64,000 nt of DNA from the human T2T-CHM13v2.0 reference genome, Homo sapiens (GCF_009914755.1 NC_060928.1), one strand, 5' to 3'; positions 16,256 through 30,060 are shown, counted from the first letter of the stretch. Numbers and translations: made by a program. The notes: generated by a model not told the origin, from the sequence alone.

Positions 16256-16298
16256 ACAAGCACATGATGCAAATTATGCTGATAAAATAAGTTTATTG

Positions 16299-16608
<310 letters not shown>

Positions 16609-17396
16609 CTAAAGCTTAGATGTTCAAGTATCTAACTAGTCACTTGACAGCTGAAGTAAACAAAAGAAGAAGATTCTGGTATAATATAACATTGGCCTTT
16701 CTATGAGCCAAAACCCAGAGGACAACTAGATCCTGCGGATTCTCTTTCATCTGCTTACTCATTTCTCTTCCCCAGCTGTTCTTAAATTATGCAGGTAAAA
16801 ACACTTGCACATTGTGGTGTACTTGATAAACATAAAATGTTTTTATTTCTTTTACCAAGAATCATCTTACATTCACCCTACTTCTTTGTTTAAATTGAGG
16901 AAAACAATGGTTACATGAGGGAGAACTAGTAGACATAAACTAAAGGTGCAGCTCGTGAAAGCAATCCACCTCCCCCGGGTGTCTCCCATGGATGGAGTGC
17001 AATCACTGTCCTCAAAACAACCCTACAAAATACTCCTTTTCATTCCCATTTCTCTACTGAGGACACTGAGATTAAAAGGGTTTTTAATAGTCTGTCCAAG
17101 ATCACAAAACTAAAAATTAAAGCTGGTTCTGATTCCAAAACTAATATTTTCTGCTCTAACAAGTTGCTCCAGAAGGGCAGTGCTGTGTGAAAAGGGGAGC
17201 CGATTATTTTATCACTTTCCCCAGTCCCTACTCCACATTTCATGCAGTATTTCAACGTGATGGCTCCTAGCAACAGAATTCCTTGAAATATAAAAGAAAA
17301 TGTAGGTCATTTATTCCTCTGCCTCCTCATAAACATGCTTATTTCCCTGAGATCTTATTTCCTCAGTGATTTAGACTTATTTTACCATCGTCACTA

Positions 17397-17598
17397 TGAA
17401 GAAGAAGGAGAGGAAGAAAAAAAAGGAGAAGGAAAAGAGGAAGGGGAAGAGGAGGGGAAGGGGAAGGAAGATGGGGAGGAAAAGAGAAAGAAGAAAAAAG
17501 AAGAAAAGGAGGATGCTAATGGGGAGGAGGAGGAAAAGGAAGAGAAAGAGGGAAGAAGAGAGGAAGAAAGGAAGGAAAGAAGGACAAAAGAAAGAAAA
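17397..17598. repeat. Purine-rich low-complexity tract (GAA/GGA)
   Basis: About 200 nt of almost only A/G. Confidence 0.9.
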
Positions 17599-18399
17599 CA
17601 CATACATTAAGGCTCTTGGCACAAGGATCTGTCATATGTGTATGTGTTTGTGTCTTTTTTGGCCTAATTTACATAGACATGTCTCCTATTTCAGAAAATG
17701 AGGCTAAACAGAAAACCACTTTTCCTCTATTTACATCTTGTACCAAAATGTTTGGCTCAACATCAATCTAGATTTTGGGTTTCTCTTTTACCACATAAAT
17801 TATTCTCCTTCCACACAATTAATAGGCTCTGATTTGCTATTTCTGGTCTTTGATGAACAACCTTTAACAGTGGCTATTTTTTTTTTTTTGCTATTACTAT
17901 AACTTTTATAGGAAATATACCATTAAGTAAGGCAAAGGAGAAGTTGGGGTAGAGAGTGTGGAGGGTATAGGAAAAGAAACGGTGATGAAACTTAGTTTTA
18001 AATAGGAAACTAGAAAGGAGAGAGAGTGATCCTATTCACCATAACTCAGCCCTCAAGAAAAGAAGAGGCTAAGCAGGATTGACTGTTTCTTAAATTGAAC
18101 ACGGCCATCTAGGGTAACTGTGGCCATTATTTTGTGTGTGTGGGATCGAAGCTTCAACTCCCAGGGTTAACAGGCTGGCTTTTGGCTCCCACATCTACTG
18201 TTCATAACTCTATCTCTTTTCCAGTTTTTTTTGTAGACAAGTAAATCAAAGTGTTCAAAGGTTAAGTAACTTCTTAAAGCCATCTACATAATAAGTAGGA
18301 AAACAAGATTTGAATCCAGACTGTTTTCCTCCAAGAGTCAGGCCTTTATCACCTACTCAGTAATGCTTATATCATTTAATACTTATTTCATGATTCTGT

Positions 18400-18922
18400 A
18401 TGTACTCTGGGGACTGGTATCTTCTCTCTGCTATGGCCCGAGAGGTGGCCTTGTGCCACAGCATTAGAATCTTTCAAACCAGAACTTTTATCAAAGTGTC
18501 AAAATGTGGATAAGGCGAATGAGAAAAGATAAAATTAGGACTGTAAGCGAGATATTTACTTAACTTAGGTTAAAAGATTTGACCAGTCTCCAGGTGGATA
18601 TAGAATTCTATGACCTCTATGGTACCTTCTAATTCTTAAAATTATTTGATATTGTTAGAGAGGAATCTGAAGTTTTTGGCTAAAATGATGATGGGAATTA
18701 GAAGGTGCCATAGAGGTCACATAATTCTATACCCACCTGAAGATTGGTCAAATCTTTTAACTTAAGTAAATATCTCATTTGCAGTCCTAATACAGTCTCT
18801 TCTCATTCCCCCATCCATGTTTTGAGACTGATAAAAGTTCTGGTTTTAAAGAGTCTAATGCTCTGGCACAAGGCCACATCCCAGGCTGTAGTAGGGAAAA
18901 GATAGCAGTCCACAGAGTACAT
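18400..18922. repeat. Long imperfect inverted repeat (arms 18400-18635 and 18695-18922)
   Basis: Reverse complement of the right arm aligns to the left arm over ~230 nt at roughly 83-85% identity (hand alignment). Confidence 0.92.
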
Positions 18923-19659
18923 GATGATAAACAAAGTTATCAAGAGCTGGTTGTAATAAACTAAGAATAGCATGTAACTCACTTCCAAGTTGTTGGTGTT
19001 AGCTCTATAGTGCTGACAACAAGGAAAGTAAACAGTCAACAAAATGGTTATGACTCAGACATAGGACATGGTATGTTTATAGAAAGCCAAGTCTGGCTCT
19101 TTCTTTGTATCCCACGTAGTTCCTCCTTATGCTGAGTTCCTTTTGAAGTCAATTAAAGCTCTGCCATGGAAATTCATTAGAAAACATGTAGGAGAAAACA
19201 AATCCAATAGTCGGTGCTTTAAATAACAATCATTTAGGGAAAAAAATTACATCTGATTAAGAATCTGTCCCAAATATTTCTTGACACCATACAGGTAACA
19301 ATCAATTATACTGAAACTAAAGAATAGATATGCAAATGCTCTTTAAGTACTTCCTTTGCATAATTAATTTATATAAACATGCTTTTGTTTGTACACTCTA
19401 TTTGATCATAAAAATAAAAAAATTGCAGCATAACAAATTTCCCATTTAGAGATACATCAAGAAAGTTTAATTCTGCCTTTCCGCATTCCCCGTCCGTATT
19501 AAGCCCTTTTATTCATGAAACAAAAATTTTACTAAAATTACTTGCAACTATAAAACTGAAATTTACTTACCCCTGAAAGTGTTAATGATTCATATGAGAA
19601 TAGAATACAGATATGCTAAATTTTAAAATAATATCTAAAATTTATGACAATATGCCTTA

Positions 19660-19930
19660 AGGGAAAATCTTAAAAGCTTTCAAAAAGGGGGAGGTATCCT
19701 AAAAGGAGAGTCAGACTGATGCTGTTGGACTTCTCAGCAGCAAGACTGAACATTAGAAGGCAAGGAAGCAATTACTATACTGTATGGAGTGAAATTATTC
19801 TGAAACTGGAATTTGATACACGGCTAAACTATCAATCATATGTGAAAGAAAATAAAGCCATTTTAAGATGTAGAAGTACTCAACAGCTCACATATCCTTT
19901 GTGAAAATGTTTATTTGAGGGGATACATTA
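19660..19930 (+). mobile_element. Old L1 ORF1-region fragment
   Basis: GACTTCTCAGCAGCAA...CTAAACTATCAATCATATGTGAA resembles the L1M ORF1 3' part; approximate. Confidence 0.55.
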
Positions 19931-20502
19931 GGGTAAAAAAATACAAAAACAAAACTGAAAGAGAGAACATGAAAGAGAATGACACCTGGTACAAAAACAA
20001 ACAAACAAACAAAAAACAATACTAGCTGAATATGACCCACAAGAAGTAAAGGAAACTAGGCAGAAAGATACTTTGGGATATACTGATACACAGAAATGCT
20101 TGGAAAATTCTCCTTTGAATAGCAAAATTTAAACGATATCCCTTTCTCTGCAGGTATAATATTTTCATGGTTCCCTAATGTTGTAAATGCTATTTATTAA
20201 TATTTAATTTTTAAATAATCTATGTTAAAAAGCATAAATGATGCTAATTGTAGTAACAGAATAGAATGTCAAAGCTATAAAGTAGGGCAATATTAATGTA
20301 ATAAAATAACCATTGGAGGAGATTAGGAATTAAAAAGTGAAGAAGTAAAAAGACAGAGTAAAATGCACTAATTTCTATTTTTCATTAGGAAGGAGAAATA
20401 TTCTCTATGTAAAATCAATCAATCAAAAACAGTATTTTTTAAATCATAAAGGCAACTGAATAAAGAAGAATAAAATTATAACTTATGAAAAATTGAGAAT
20501 TA

Positions 20503-20810
20503 GGCCGGGCTCAGTGGCTCATGCTTATAATCCCAGCACTTTGAGAGACAGATAATGGCAGACCGCTTGAGGTCAGAAGTTCGAGACCAGCCTGGACAAT
20601 ATGGCAAAAACCTATCTCCACCAAAAATACAAAAAATTAGCCAGGTGCGGTAGTATATTCCTGTGATCCCACCTACTGAGGAGGCTGAGGTAGGAGGATC
20701 ACTGAGCCTGGGAGGCAGAGGCTGCACTGAGCCAAGATCATGTCACAGCACTCCAGCCTGGGTGACAGAGTGAGACACTGTCTCAATTAAAAAAAAAAAA
20801 AAAGAGAGAG
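20503..20810 (+). mobile_element. Alu (J-type)
   Basis: Diverged dimer with A/(AG)n tail; GAGAATTA on both flanks. Confidence 0.93.
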
Positions 20811-22129
20811 AGAGAATTAAATGGAATTGGGAGATCATGTTAGGTATTACTTTTTTCCCATAAATGGAACTAAATAATGTTTAAAATTGATAAGTTGAGA
20901 ATAGAGTTATCACAATAGTGTATATATATAAATTTATATATATATATATAAATTATGATAACCATCACCAGAAGAACTAAAAACAAATGGATACCAGAGA
21001 TTACATCTAGAAAATGGCACTGAGGAAGTGGTAATGGAGGCAAGAGACCTTTAGGAATTATTCTATGCACATTTTTACCCTGAATTTATTTTGATTTAAT
21101 CATACCCTATAATTACTTTGAAATTTTAACAATAAAATGAATGAAACAACTTGGTTTCAATTCTGTGGTTATCCACTTATTTTTATGTGTTGGCATTCCA
21201 AAAAGAATTTAAGGAGGCTCACCTCTGTGAGAGTTTTTAGGTTTTATATTTATTAAAGCTTTTTCTTATACGAATAATATATTTTGAATTTGTTTTTTCC
21301 AAGGCATCCTTTTGACATTTTGAGAATATATGTTGAAGGAAAAATGTTCTCAAAAATACATGGTTGCTACAAGGCAACGTGTCGGTGATTCAGGAGATAT
21401 CAGAGGTTTTCCTTTCAATCACACCGTGGTTATTCCACTCCACCACTGATAATCTGTGTTGGGTAGAAAACCGACCCATCTTAGATGACATGTCTGAGCT
21501 TTGAAATGCAATATCTGCTGTCAATGTTCCCAACAGCCCAATACAGTCTTTTTATTCTATACCAAAATTTGCCCTTATCATGTTGAAATCCTTAATAAAA
21601 TTCTCTTCAGCTTGCGCTAGGAGAATCATTTCTTGATTGCATGTACTTAATTCCATAGATTAATATCAGAAGCCTCAAACAGCAGTCTCCAAATCCCTGA
21701 ATTGTATATAATTTTCAAATAGCACATATTTTGATAACTCTTGAATGCATGAAAATGCTACATGGTAAGGTCTCCAGAATGACTCATGTTTAATAGAACC
21801 TCCACAGCAAGAGTTCTTGGTAGCTAACAGTCTTTCTCAAAACATGAGGAAACAAAGCAAGATGATGTCAGAGAAGATGAGCCCCAGAGGAACACCACTG
21901 ACTGCCTGAGCTTTGGCTTGCTGTCTGTTTATATGGTTTGTGACAAAGAAAAGAGGTCACGGAAGAAGAGTATTTGTTGTTTTAAGAATGAGACATCAGA
22001 TATGTCTTAAGATGTGTCTTCAGAATCTATTTCATGGTTTCTATATGAGGCTGCTGACAGTGGTCCAGCCAGCTTATAGACACAGCTCTGACAGCTGCTT
22101 TTCTCTGGCTCCTAATTAGATGCAGACTA

Positions 22130-22465
22130 AATGCTGTTCCTTTGCCTGGAACACTAGTATACTCCTTCCCCAATCCTTGCCCCCAATTAAATATGCATAG
22201 GATCACCTTGTCCCATTCTAATCAGTACAACTCACCCTTTCCAGGTATCATTTCTCCCAGGAAGCTTTGCTGAATCTACCAAGTCTAAGCTAAATGCCCA
22301 CACTCTGTAAATCTCAGGGTTCCATGTAATTTTCTTAGTATCATGCCACTTAATTACAATGTACTGTTATTTTCTGCTTCTTATGTGTATCAATTTCTGC
22401 ACCCTAGGGCCTACCACAGTGCCTGGGATGCAATAGGTGCTGAATAAATACTTGGTGAATGAATC
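22130..22465 (+). mobile_element. L2 3' fragment
   Basis: CACAGTGCCTGG..ATAGGTGCTGAATAAATACTTGGTGAATGAAT terminus. Confidence 0.6.
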
Positions 22466-23089
22466 AGTGACCTGTAGGCTCAAAACTCCATCATGGCTAT
22501 TCTTGGAGGGTAAAGCTGACTTGGAGAGGTGGTCTAACCAAACTTGCACAAGAGTGAAGTAAAAATCCAGAAAGTGAATTTATAAATTTATAGTGAGAAT
22601 TATGACTGAAGTGACAGGACAAAAGGATCCATCTAGCCTGCACTACCCTTAAAGAAGTAGAAAAGACAAATTCTAACCAGAAAGTTGCAACGGCATTAGA
22701 CTGAGTGAGGTGGATATATTCATCTCTTCAGTAATGATGTATCAGCTACAAGAGAAAAGAGATGGATTCCTTCAGTTAGAGAAGACCCTTCTTAGAAATG
22801 TGTTCAGATAGACAGAGCCAACCTTAGTCTTCCTAAATCTCCCTTCTGATTTGTACTTCAGTTTTATTAAATTAGTCAATATCTTACAGGCCTAGGAGAA
22901 ATTTTGGTCTTTTAGAGTTATTTCACATATCTGTTCTGCTCTATTCGTTATTATAAACTCAGAGGTCAATTCATTTCTAGTTACTTTCACCCATGGTACC
23001 ATCAGTATTTCCATTTATCAAGCAATTAATTTCCACTTTAAAGCATTGTTAAGCACCTACACTATGTATAGTGCCATGCTAGCCATTAT

Positions 23090-23300
23090 ATATAGTGATT
23101 AAATGCAAGAGCTTTGGGTCAAAGAGACCTGGGTTTGGATCCTACTTCTCTTCAGAAATGTGTGATTTCCAGCAAATAATTTGAACCCTTGATTTCCTCA
23201 TTTGTTACACAGGGATGATAATACTTACATTATAGGGTTTTATGAGTATCATAGGAGATAAAATCTATAAAGTTTAGAGCATAAACTCTCAGGAAATGCT
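23090..23300 (+). mobile_element. MIR
   Basis: AGACCTGGGTTTGGATCC...TTTCCTCATTTG...GGGATGATAATA core. Confidence 0.6.
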
Positions 23301-23934
23301 ATCTAAATTACATGATAATATTCACAATTTAAAGGAACTCTTTCTTGTCAGAGGCATGTCTTGCTGTAAAAGGAAAAATAGTCCCCAACAGTTTCAGAAC
23401 AAACAGTGAATTATTATTGTTTTTTGGGTAGGAAACACTTAATGGATTTCTGTTCCTATCTCAGGAACTGCATACAATGATAATATTATTTACTGAGAAT
23501 ATCCAAAGTTTATAAATTGTGCTACAAATTAATGGTGATGAACAGATGAATAAAATACATCCCTGCTTCCATTCTTACATATTGTCCATGTTAGATGTGG
23601 TTAATTCTCATTCTCAGTAGTTTTTCAAATATCTCTTTCACTTAGCTTTGGTCATTGTAGTAACCTAATCACTAAGTAGTTTTCTTATGTAAAAACAATG
23701 TTTATTTTTAAAAATGACATATATTTATTTAAATGTTACCTTGGCAATTATGAAATAAAGATGGTAACTCAATGTTCTTGGTTTGATTACTAAATACTTG
23801 CTGTTTTATTCAATTCATTCAATCAATATTAATTGGACCTGTACCATGTACCTACCAGGTGCTGTTAAAACTGACAAAGAAAAAAGAAGCTCTTTGCATC
23901 GGGGAGCCAGTCTGGTACTATCATCTATCATCTG

Positions 23935-24403
23935 GGCCTTGAGGTTCTTCTGTTGCACATAAAAAACTTCACAGAATATTAACATCAATCAAGGCCACTC
24001 TGTAGCCACAATGTATTAAGGCAAAATCAAGATAATTTCATAATCATGTTTGAACATAAATAAAACTTGAACCTTGTCCAAACCACAACCATAACCAGAC
24101 ATCCCCCATCCTGACTCATATGGGTGACTGCTGATTCTTTAATAATTACAGGTTAGCCTCTCTCTTTGTATAGATTTATTAAGGTACCCAATCAGAATCA
24201 TGCCAAGTTCCTGACAGCATCCATTGCAGAGCAAAGCCCTACTCCCTTAAACTCTCCCTAAATCACCTAACTGAAGCCTAAATCTTTTATGTCCTGTCTA
24301 GCCCACTCTTAGGAGATGCACCTGGCTCCCCATGCTGTATGTTCTCCCTTGCTGCAATGTGTTCAGCTATGTTCCTAGTGGTCTTTGGCTGGAGGACATT
24401 GAC
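23935..24403 (+). mobile_element. Old solo LTR (ERV1-type, MER89/MER90/MER110-like; family uncertain)
   Basis: TTCCTGACAGCATCCA..AGAGCAAAGCCC body and GGTCTTTGGCTGGAGGACATTGAC terminus. Confidence 0.55.
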
Positions 24404-24454
24404 GTAGAAGATAATATCACAATGAATACAACCTAGTTTCTTGATTACCAAATC

Positions 24455-24930
24455 ATCTGGTATTGGGCTCAGTTGCATGTATTAGAACACCTAAAATAAT
24501 AGTGGCTCTAATAAGATGGAAGTTTTTCTCTCTTATGTAAAGAAGTCTGAAGATAAAAAGAATAGAGTGCTGTAGTAGCTCCAGATCAGTGATTTCAGCT
24601 CTCTTTTTTTTCACCATTCTAGCACCTACCTCCCAAATTCAGGACTAGTTCATGGTCTAGTATGATTCTTGGAGATGCAGCCAAGTGTCCATATTCCAAG
24701 CAGCTAGAAAGGAGTAAAGAGGGAAGTATGATAGGAATGTGTCCCACCTTTGTCAGCTCCCTTCAAGAAGCCTTCCAGGAAATTCTACACATCACTTCTT
24801 TCAGCTCACCAGAACCTAACTAGCAGAATTCAGTCATGTGGCCACCATTATCTTCAAAGTATCCTGGGAAATGTTATATTTTAGCTGGATACTTTGCCAG
24901 TCTAAATACAATCAGGGTTCTGTTACCCTG
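24455..24930. mobile_element. MLT1-type (MaLR) LTR
   Basis: AATAGTGGCT..AATAAGAT..AGTTT start and AGTCATGTGGCCA..CTGGGAAATG..AATCAGGGTTCTGTTAC blocks. Confidence 0.6.
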
Positions 24931-25259
24931 TTTTATCTTTCTAGGAAAGAGACAAAAATGGACACTGACTAGAGTTTATGGCATAATTATTGATACAGTG
25001 ATTCGTATCTACAAACTAGCTCTCTTTTACATTGGTGTTGATTGGGCTCACTCTTGACTTCATCATTCTGAAACATTTTAAATTCTTACAGGCTTATTGG
25101 CCATAGTAAGCAGAGGTTCTCAAGTTATGAAATCACAACAATATTTATTTTTAATTGAATTCTAAAATATACATCAGAACATTTTTCATTAGAATTCCTA
25201 GTACTTTCTTCACTGATTTCAATATTACTATAGTAAAAATACTTAAGACACTGAGTAAT

Positions 25260-25460
25260 TACAAAAGGTCAGATATTGTTGCAGGTATTTTAGTGTAATA
25301 TTGCATTTAAACCTTACAAGAACCCTATGATTTCAATACTGTTATTGTCATCATCTCCCTTTTTAGAGATGAGAAAACTGGAGCCACAAGGTATTTAATT
25401 TCTCTGGTTGGCAAGGGGAAGAGCTCTGTTAAAATCCAATATTCTTAGACTCAGCTCCTA
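25260..25460 (-). mobile_element. MIR
   Basis: CCTTACAAGAACCCTATGA...TTTTAGAGATGAGAAAACTG core. Confidence 0.6.
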
Positions 25461-27278
25461 GAACCTAGACCACCTCTACTTCTTCACTGTAACACAAAGG
25501 ACAGCATAGATGTGGGAGCAACTATGCAAGTGTAAGAAAGGCTGACAGCTCAAGAGATTATTTTCTTTCAAAACTGACATTCTTATTGGAAAAACTGATG
25601 TAATCAATTGTACAAATCACAACTCAGTTTACTTGGGAGATTATCTTCTTGTATAGTTTGGGTTTTTTATCCTAAAAAATAAAAGTAATACATAATCTTT
25701 GCACATATATTAAGACATAACAGGGAAGCAATTAATTCCCCAACCAAAAGATAAACAACATTTTTATATACTTTTTCTGAATATCTCTATGCATGTATAT
25801 TTGTAGATACATATTCATATATGACATGTATATAAATCTTTGTAAATATATTGAGTTTCATTTCATAGAGTTTTGTTAGGTTATTTTACATAAGTATTAG
25901 AGATTTCTTTAATGTTAATAAATAAACATATATATATCTATAACTTGTGTTTTACTCTTAAAAATAATAAATTTTTAAAAAACACAGATTTGCTCTCATA
26001 CTGTTGTTTTTTGTTTCCTCATGTGTATACATGTATATTACCCTTCAAAATCTATGAGTGCAGATAAATAAAGATGCACTTAGTATGTCTTAAAAATTCC
26101 ATTAAAACTAGTAATTTTGCACAGATTGCAATATTATTATAAGGAAAAAAGTACGTATCATAATGTAGCACAGGCATATGTTGAAATATCTCCAAATTGG
26201 GTAGATTTAGTGACATAAAATTTAATAAAGAGTTTTTACAAGTTACTATATTCTTATCCACAGTTAAAATAACTTTTCAAAGTGCAATCTGGATAATTTT
26301 TTTCCAAGATGTATTTTAGGCAAAGCATGTCTTCAAAGTTTCTATTTTTTCTATTTAAATAAGCATATAAATTACATTACATCTCATTTTGAGATGGAAA
26401 ATTTAAATTTAAATTTCTTTTTAAAAATCCTTCAGAATTTATTATCATTTAAGTAGCACTCCCCCACCCCACCATATATCAGAATTAGCTCAGACCAGCT
26501 GAACTGTTGAAAAGCCAAATATTTCCTTAATTGGCACAAGGTAGTGATTGAGGATCTCAAAATTTCTAGAAAATTGTTAATAAAAATATTGTTAAAATGC
26601 TTGTTACATTGAGAAGTGACCCAAATGAGCGATGTTTGAAGTTCCTATGAAAGGAAAGAAATCTAAGAGTGAAATTATACCTACTATAAATGGCAAAATC
26701 ATCTGAAACTCCAAATAAGAACAAAACTATCGATTTCAGGAAAAATACTTGACACATTTGACATTCATAAAATTTATAACTGGATTTACAATTCCTCTTT
26801 TCTACAAATTCTACGTGTGTCTGTACTTTTTCACATTAACTAACAAATACTTTTTCCTATTCTGGCCATGTAATTTTAGCACACATGTTCAGGAAGCTTT
26901 TTGACGTGTGAAACACAAAGGCCAGTTCCTTTGTGGTTTAATCTGTCCCTGCTTAGAACAGACTGTACAGGAGTGGTCTATACCACAAGTTAGTGATAAG
27001 TTAGTAATTGCTTCACTTATGATATTACAAAACTGCTATTCTCATTAACTGAGACAAAAACCTGTTGTGTTCATGAGAAAATACAGCAAGACCTGTATAT
27101 AATTAGTTTTGCTAAAAATGCATAAACCTTTAAAGATATTATTTAAACTCATAACAGAAATGCATGAAATACTGACCATTAATAATACTACCCTATAGTT
27201 CTTAGAGGTACGTATCTGTTTTCAAGTTTTGAATAACAAGAAGGCCAACAGAGAAGTTTGGCAACTCTGAAAAGTAAC

Positions 27279-27587
<309 letters not shown>

Positions 27588-27718
27588 CTATCACACAATC
27601 TTTCAATGTACAATAACTGGAGTGATAAAATGTAAAATAAAATGTAAGAAAACAAGGAAAGTGTAGAAATGCATTTTAAGCACATTCAAAATGTTTTTTT
27701 TTAGAAATAACAAAAAGT

Positions 27719-28000
27719 GTCTGGGCATGGTGGCTCACACCTGTAATCCCAGCACTTTGGGAGGCCGAGGAGGGTGGATGACTTGAGGCCAGGAGTTTGA
27801 GACCAGCCTGGCCGACATGGTGAAACCCCATCTCTACTAAAAACACAAAAATTAGCCAGGCATGGTGGTGCATGCCTGCAACCCCAGCTACTGCAGAGGC
27901 TAAGGCCAGGCAGTGGAGGTTGCAGTGAGCCAAGATTGTGCCACTGCATTCCAGCCTGGGCAACAGAGCAAGACTCTGTCTGAAAAATAAAATAATAATA
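27719..28000 (+). mobile_element. Alu with small internal deletion in the right arm
   Basis: Dimer lacking the AGGAGAATCGCTTGAACC segment near 27905. Confidence 0.9.
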
Positions 28001-29157
28001 GAAATAACACAAGAGACATAAATATTTAGTGACTATAATTGGAGTTCATAAAACTCTATTGGACTCTGACTATTTTGATCACCTGACTTTAATACATGAT
28101 TTTTCTGAAATAATAAAATGCCAAATCTTATCCTGAACTTATAAATTCATAAAGGCTTAATAGCATACTAAAATTTGAAAGCTTCCTTAATCAGTGTATG
28201 ATAGTTGCAAACTTTGTTTTCTGATCTTAGATTCACAATTGAATTAGTGAAGATTCATAATAATTTAATGCAGATATTGCATATATGTGATTAATTGGTT
28301 CTTTAAGAATTATGTGCAAAGTATTTTTTTCTTTTTCATATATTCAAACATATTTTTAGTATACCAGTTTCCTATTTAAAGGAATAGTAATTGAATAATT
28401 TTCTAACATGAGTTTTTTAGATATAAAAAAAATCTTCATCACATTTAGATCACATTCACCTCAGCCCATGTAAGCTTCCTGTTGAAATTAACTTATCTAT
28501 TCTTCACGTTTCCAACAAAACTTCCACATACGTGAATATACAGCCCCACCAGTTTATAATCTCACCGAATGCAGGAATCTTGGATTTTTTTTCACCCATG
28601 TATCCCTAAGTGGAGCAATTCTTAAGGGTGCACATCAGAATTTTCTTGAGAGTTATTTAAAAAAAAAATCACAGGCTTGGACCCCACCCCATAAACCTAC
28701 TGAACCAAGAAAGGGGAATGGAATGTACATTTTAAAACAGTTATCAGGTGAGTCTGATCAGCTGACTCGTTAAAAAGCTTAAAAAAAAAGCTTTTATCTA
28801 GCAGTAGAGGGATGTTTGAGAAATGACTAGTGCAATGAATGCTTCTACAATGTCCTAAAATTCTGAGAGAAACTGTGAATTACTTAAGTGTAGGGGCTGT
28901 CTCATACTTCTTTGCACCATCTCCCTCCAACATTCCAAGTTCTCTATGTCACGTATTTTATTTCCTTTCCATCTAAAATTATTTTGTGTATTGCTCATCT
29001 CTTCCCCCTTCATAGGATATAGGTCCTTAAACAGGTGCATTACAACTTATTCAAAGTTTTATCCCCAGTGCCTAGAATAGTGCCTAGTTCTCAAAACATA
29101 TCTGAGGAATAAATGAACTACCTAGAAGATTCAGTTTTCTATAAATGTGGTTAACAG

Positions 29158-29588
29158 TGTTACCATTTGAGGGTAGTTGTCCAGGTTCTTTGCATTTTGA
29201 ACAAAGAATTGGACATGCACAAGCACGGAAGCCAAAGCAGAGATTTATTTTAAATAGGAGTACACTCCACAGGGTGTGAGTGGGCTTGACCAATACGCTC
29301 AGGGGTGCTGGTTACACAATTTTCTGGGGCTTATATACCCTCTAGAGGTTTCCCATTGGTTCACTCTAGTGGCCTGTGACCAGTCTGATCGGTTGAAGAG
29401 TAGGCCTGTGTCCAGTCTAATTGGTTGTGGAAAGGGACCAATCAGAGGTACTTTCGTTTTCTAACGGCCAGGCAGCAACTGCCACATAGCAAAAGGAGGG
29501 GTTTGTTTAAAGGGGGGTAGCCTCTGATATCCAGTCAGCACGAGTCAGCCTTTGGTTCCCTGCCTCCAGACCCTATTCTCCTGCCTTA
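29158..29588 (-). mobile_element. 3' LTR of the provirus
   Basis: Roughly 80% identical by eye to 35949-36378; preceded on the - strand by the purine tract AGTGGGGGAAA (PPT, ~29589-29599); AATAAA at 29244-29249. Confidence 0.92.
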
Positions 29589-29695
29589 TTTCCCCCACTG
29601 AGAGATGTGATCCCCATAAATCTTTATGAGAGGAGGAGGGACTGATGGTCTTTCTTGTGTAACTACTTCATGCTGAGTTGGGGTGGAGTCCCTAC

Positions 29696-29878
29696 CTAGT
29701 GGGGATCATGGGACTCTTTCCATGCTCTGTCTAGTAGAAACAGGATAGTTTCTTGATGGCGAGGGGTATTATCTTCATTTGGTACTTGCTGGAAGCTTTG
29801 TTGCCTGGTCATCTGAAGCTTGATGGTCTTTAGGCAAGAGGAAATGAATTTGGTTAAAAGATTTAATGGGAACTTCAA
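29696..29878 (-). pseudogene. ERV env C-terminal remnant (most of env deleted)
   Basis: LNLLTKFISSCLKTIKLQM resembles the post-TM tail of class I ERV Env (cf. syncytin-1); only ~0.5 kb separates the end of pol from the 3' LTR. Confidence 0.7.
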
Positions 29879-29995
29879 AGGTTGAATACCTATGCTGTCA
29901 GAAATGAATTAAAACATTCTGCTTAATTACTACAACAGAAATGATTCCAACCATTTGAAAAAAGGCAATTAAACTGCAAAATATATCTATGTATG

Positions 29996-30011
29996 TAGAT
30001 AGATAGATGAC

Positions 30012-30060
<49 letters not shown>

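Noticed and set aside
17335-17701. Glu/Lys-rich and Phe/Ser-rich ORFs
   Set aside because: Artefacts of the polypurine tract, which lacks stop codons.
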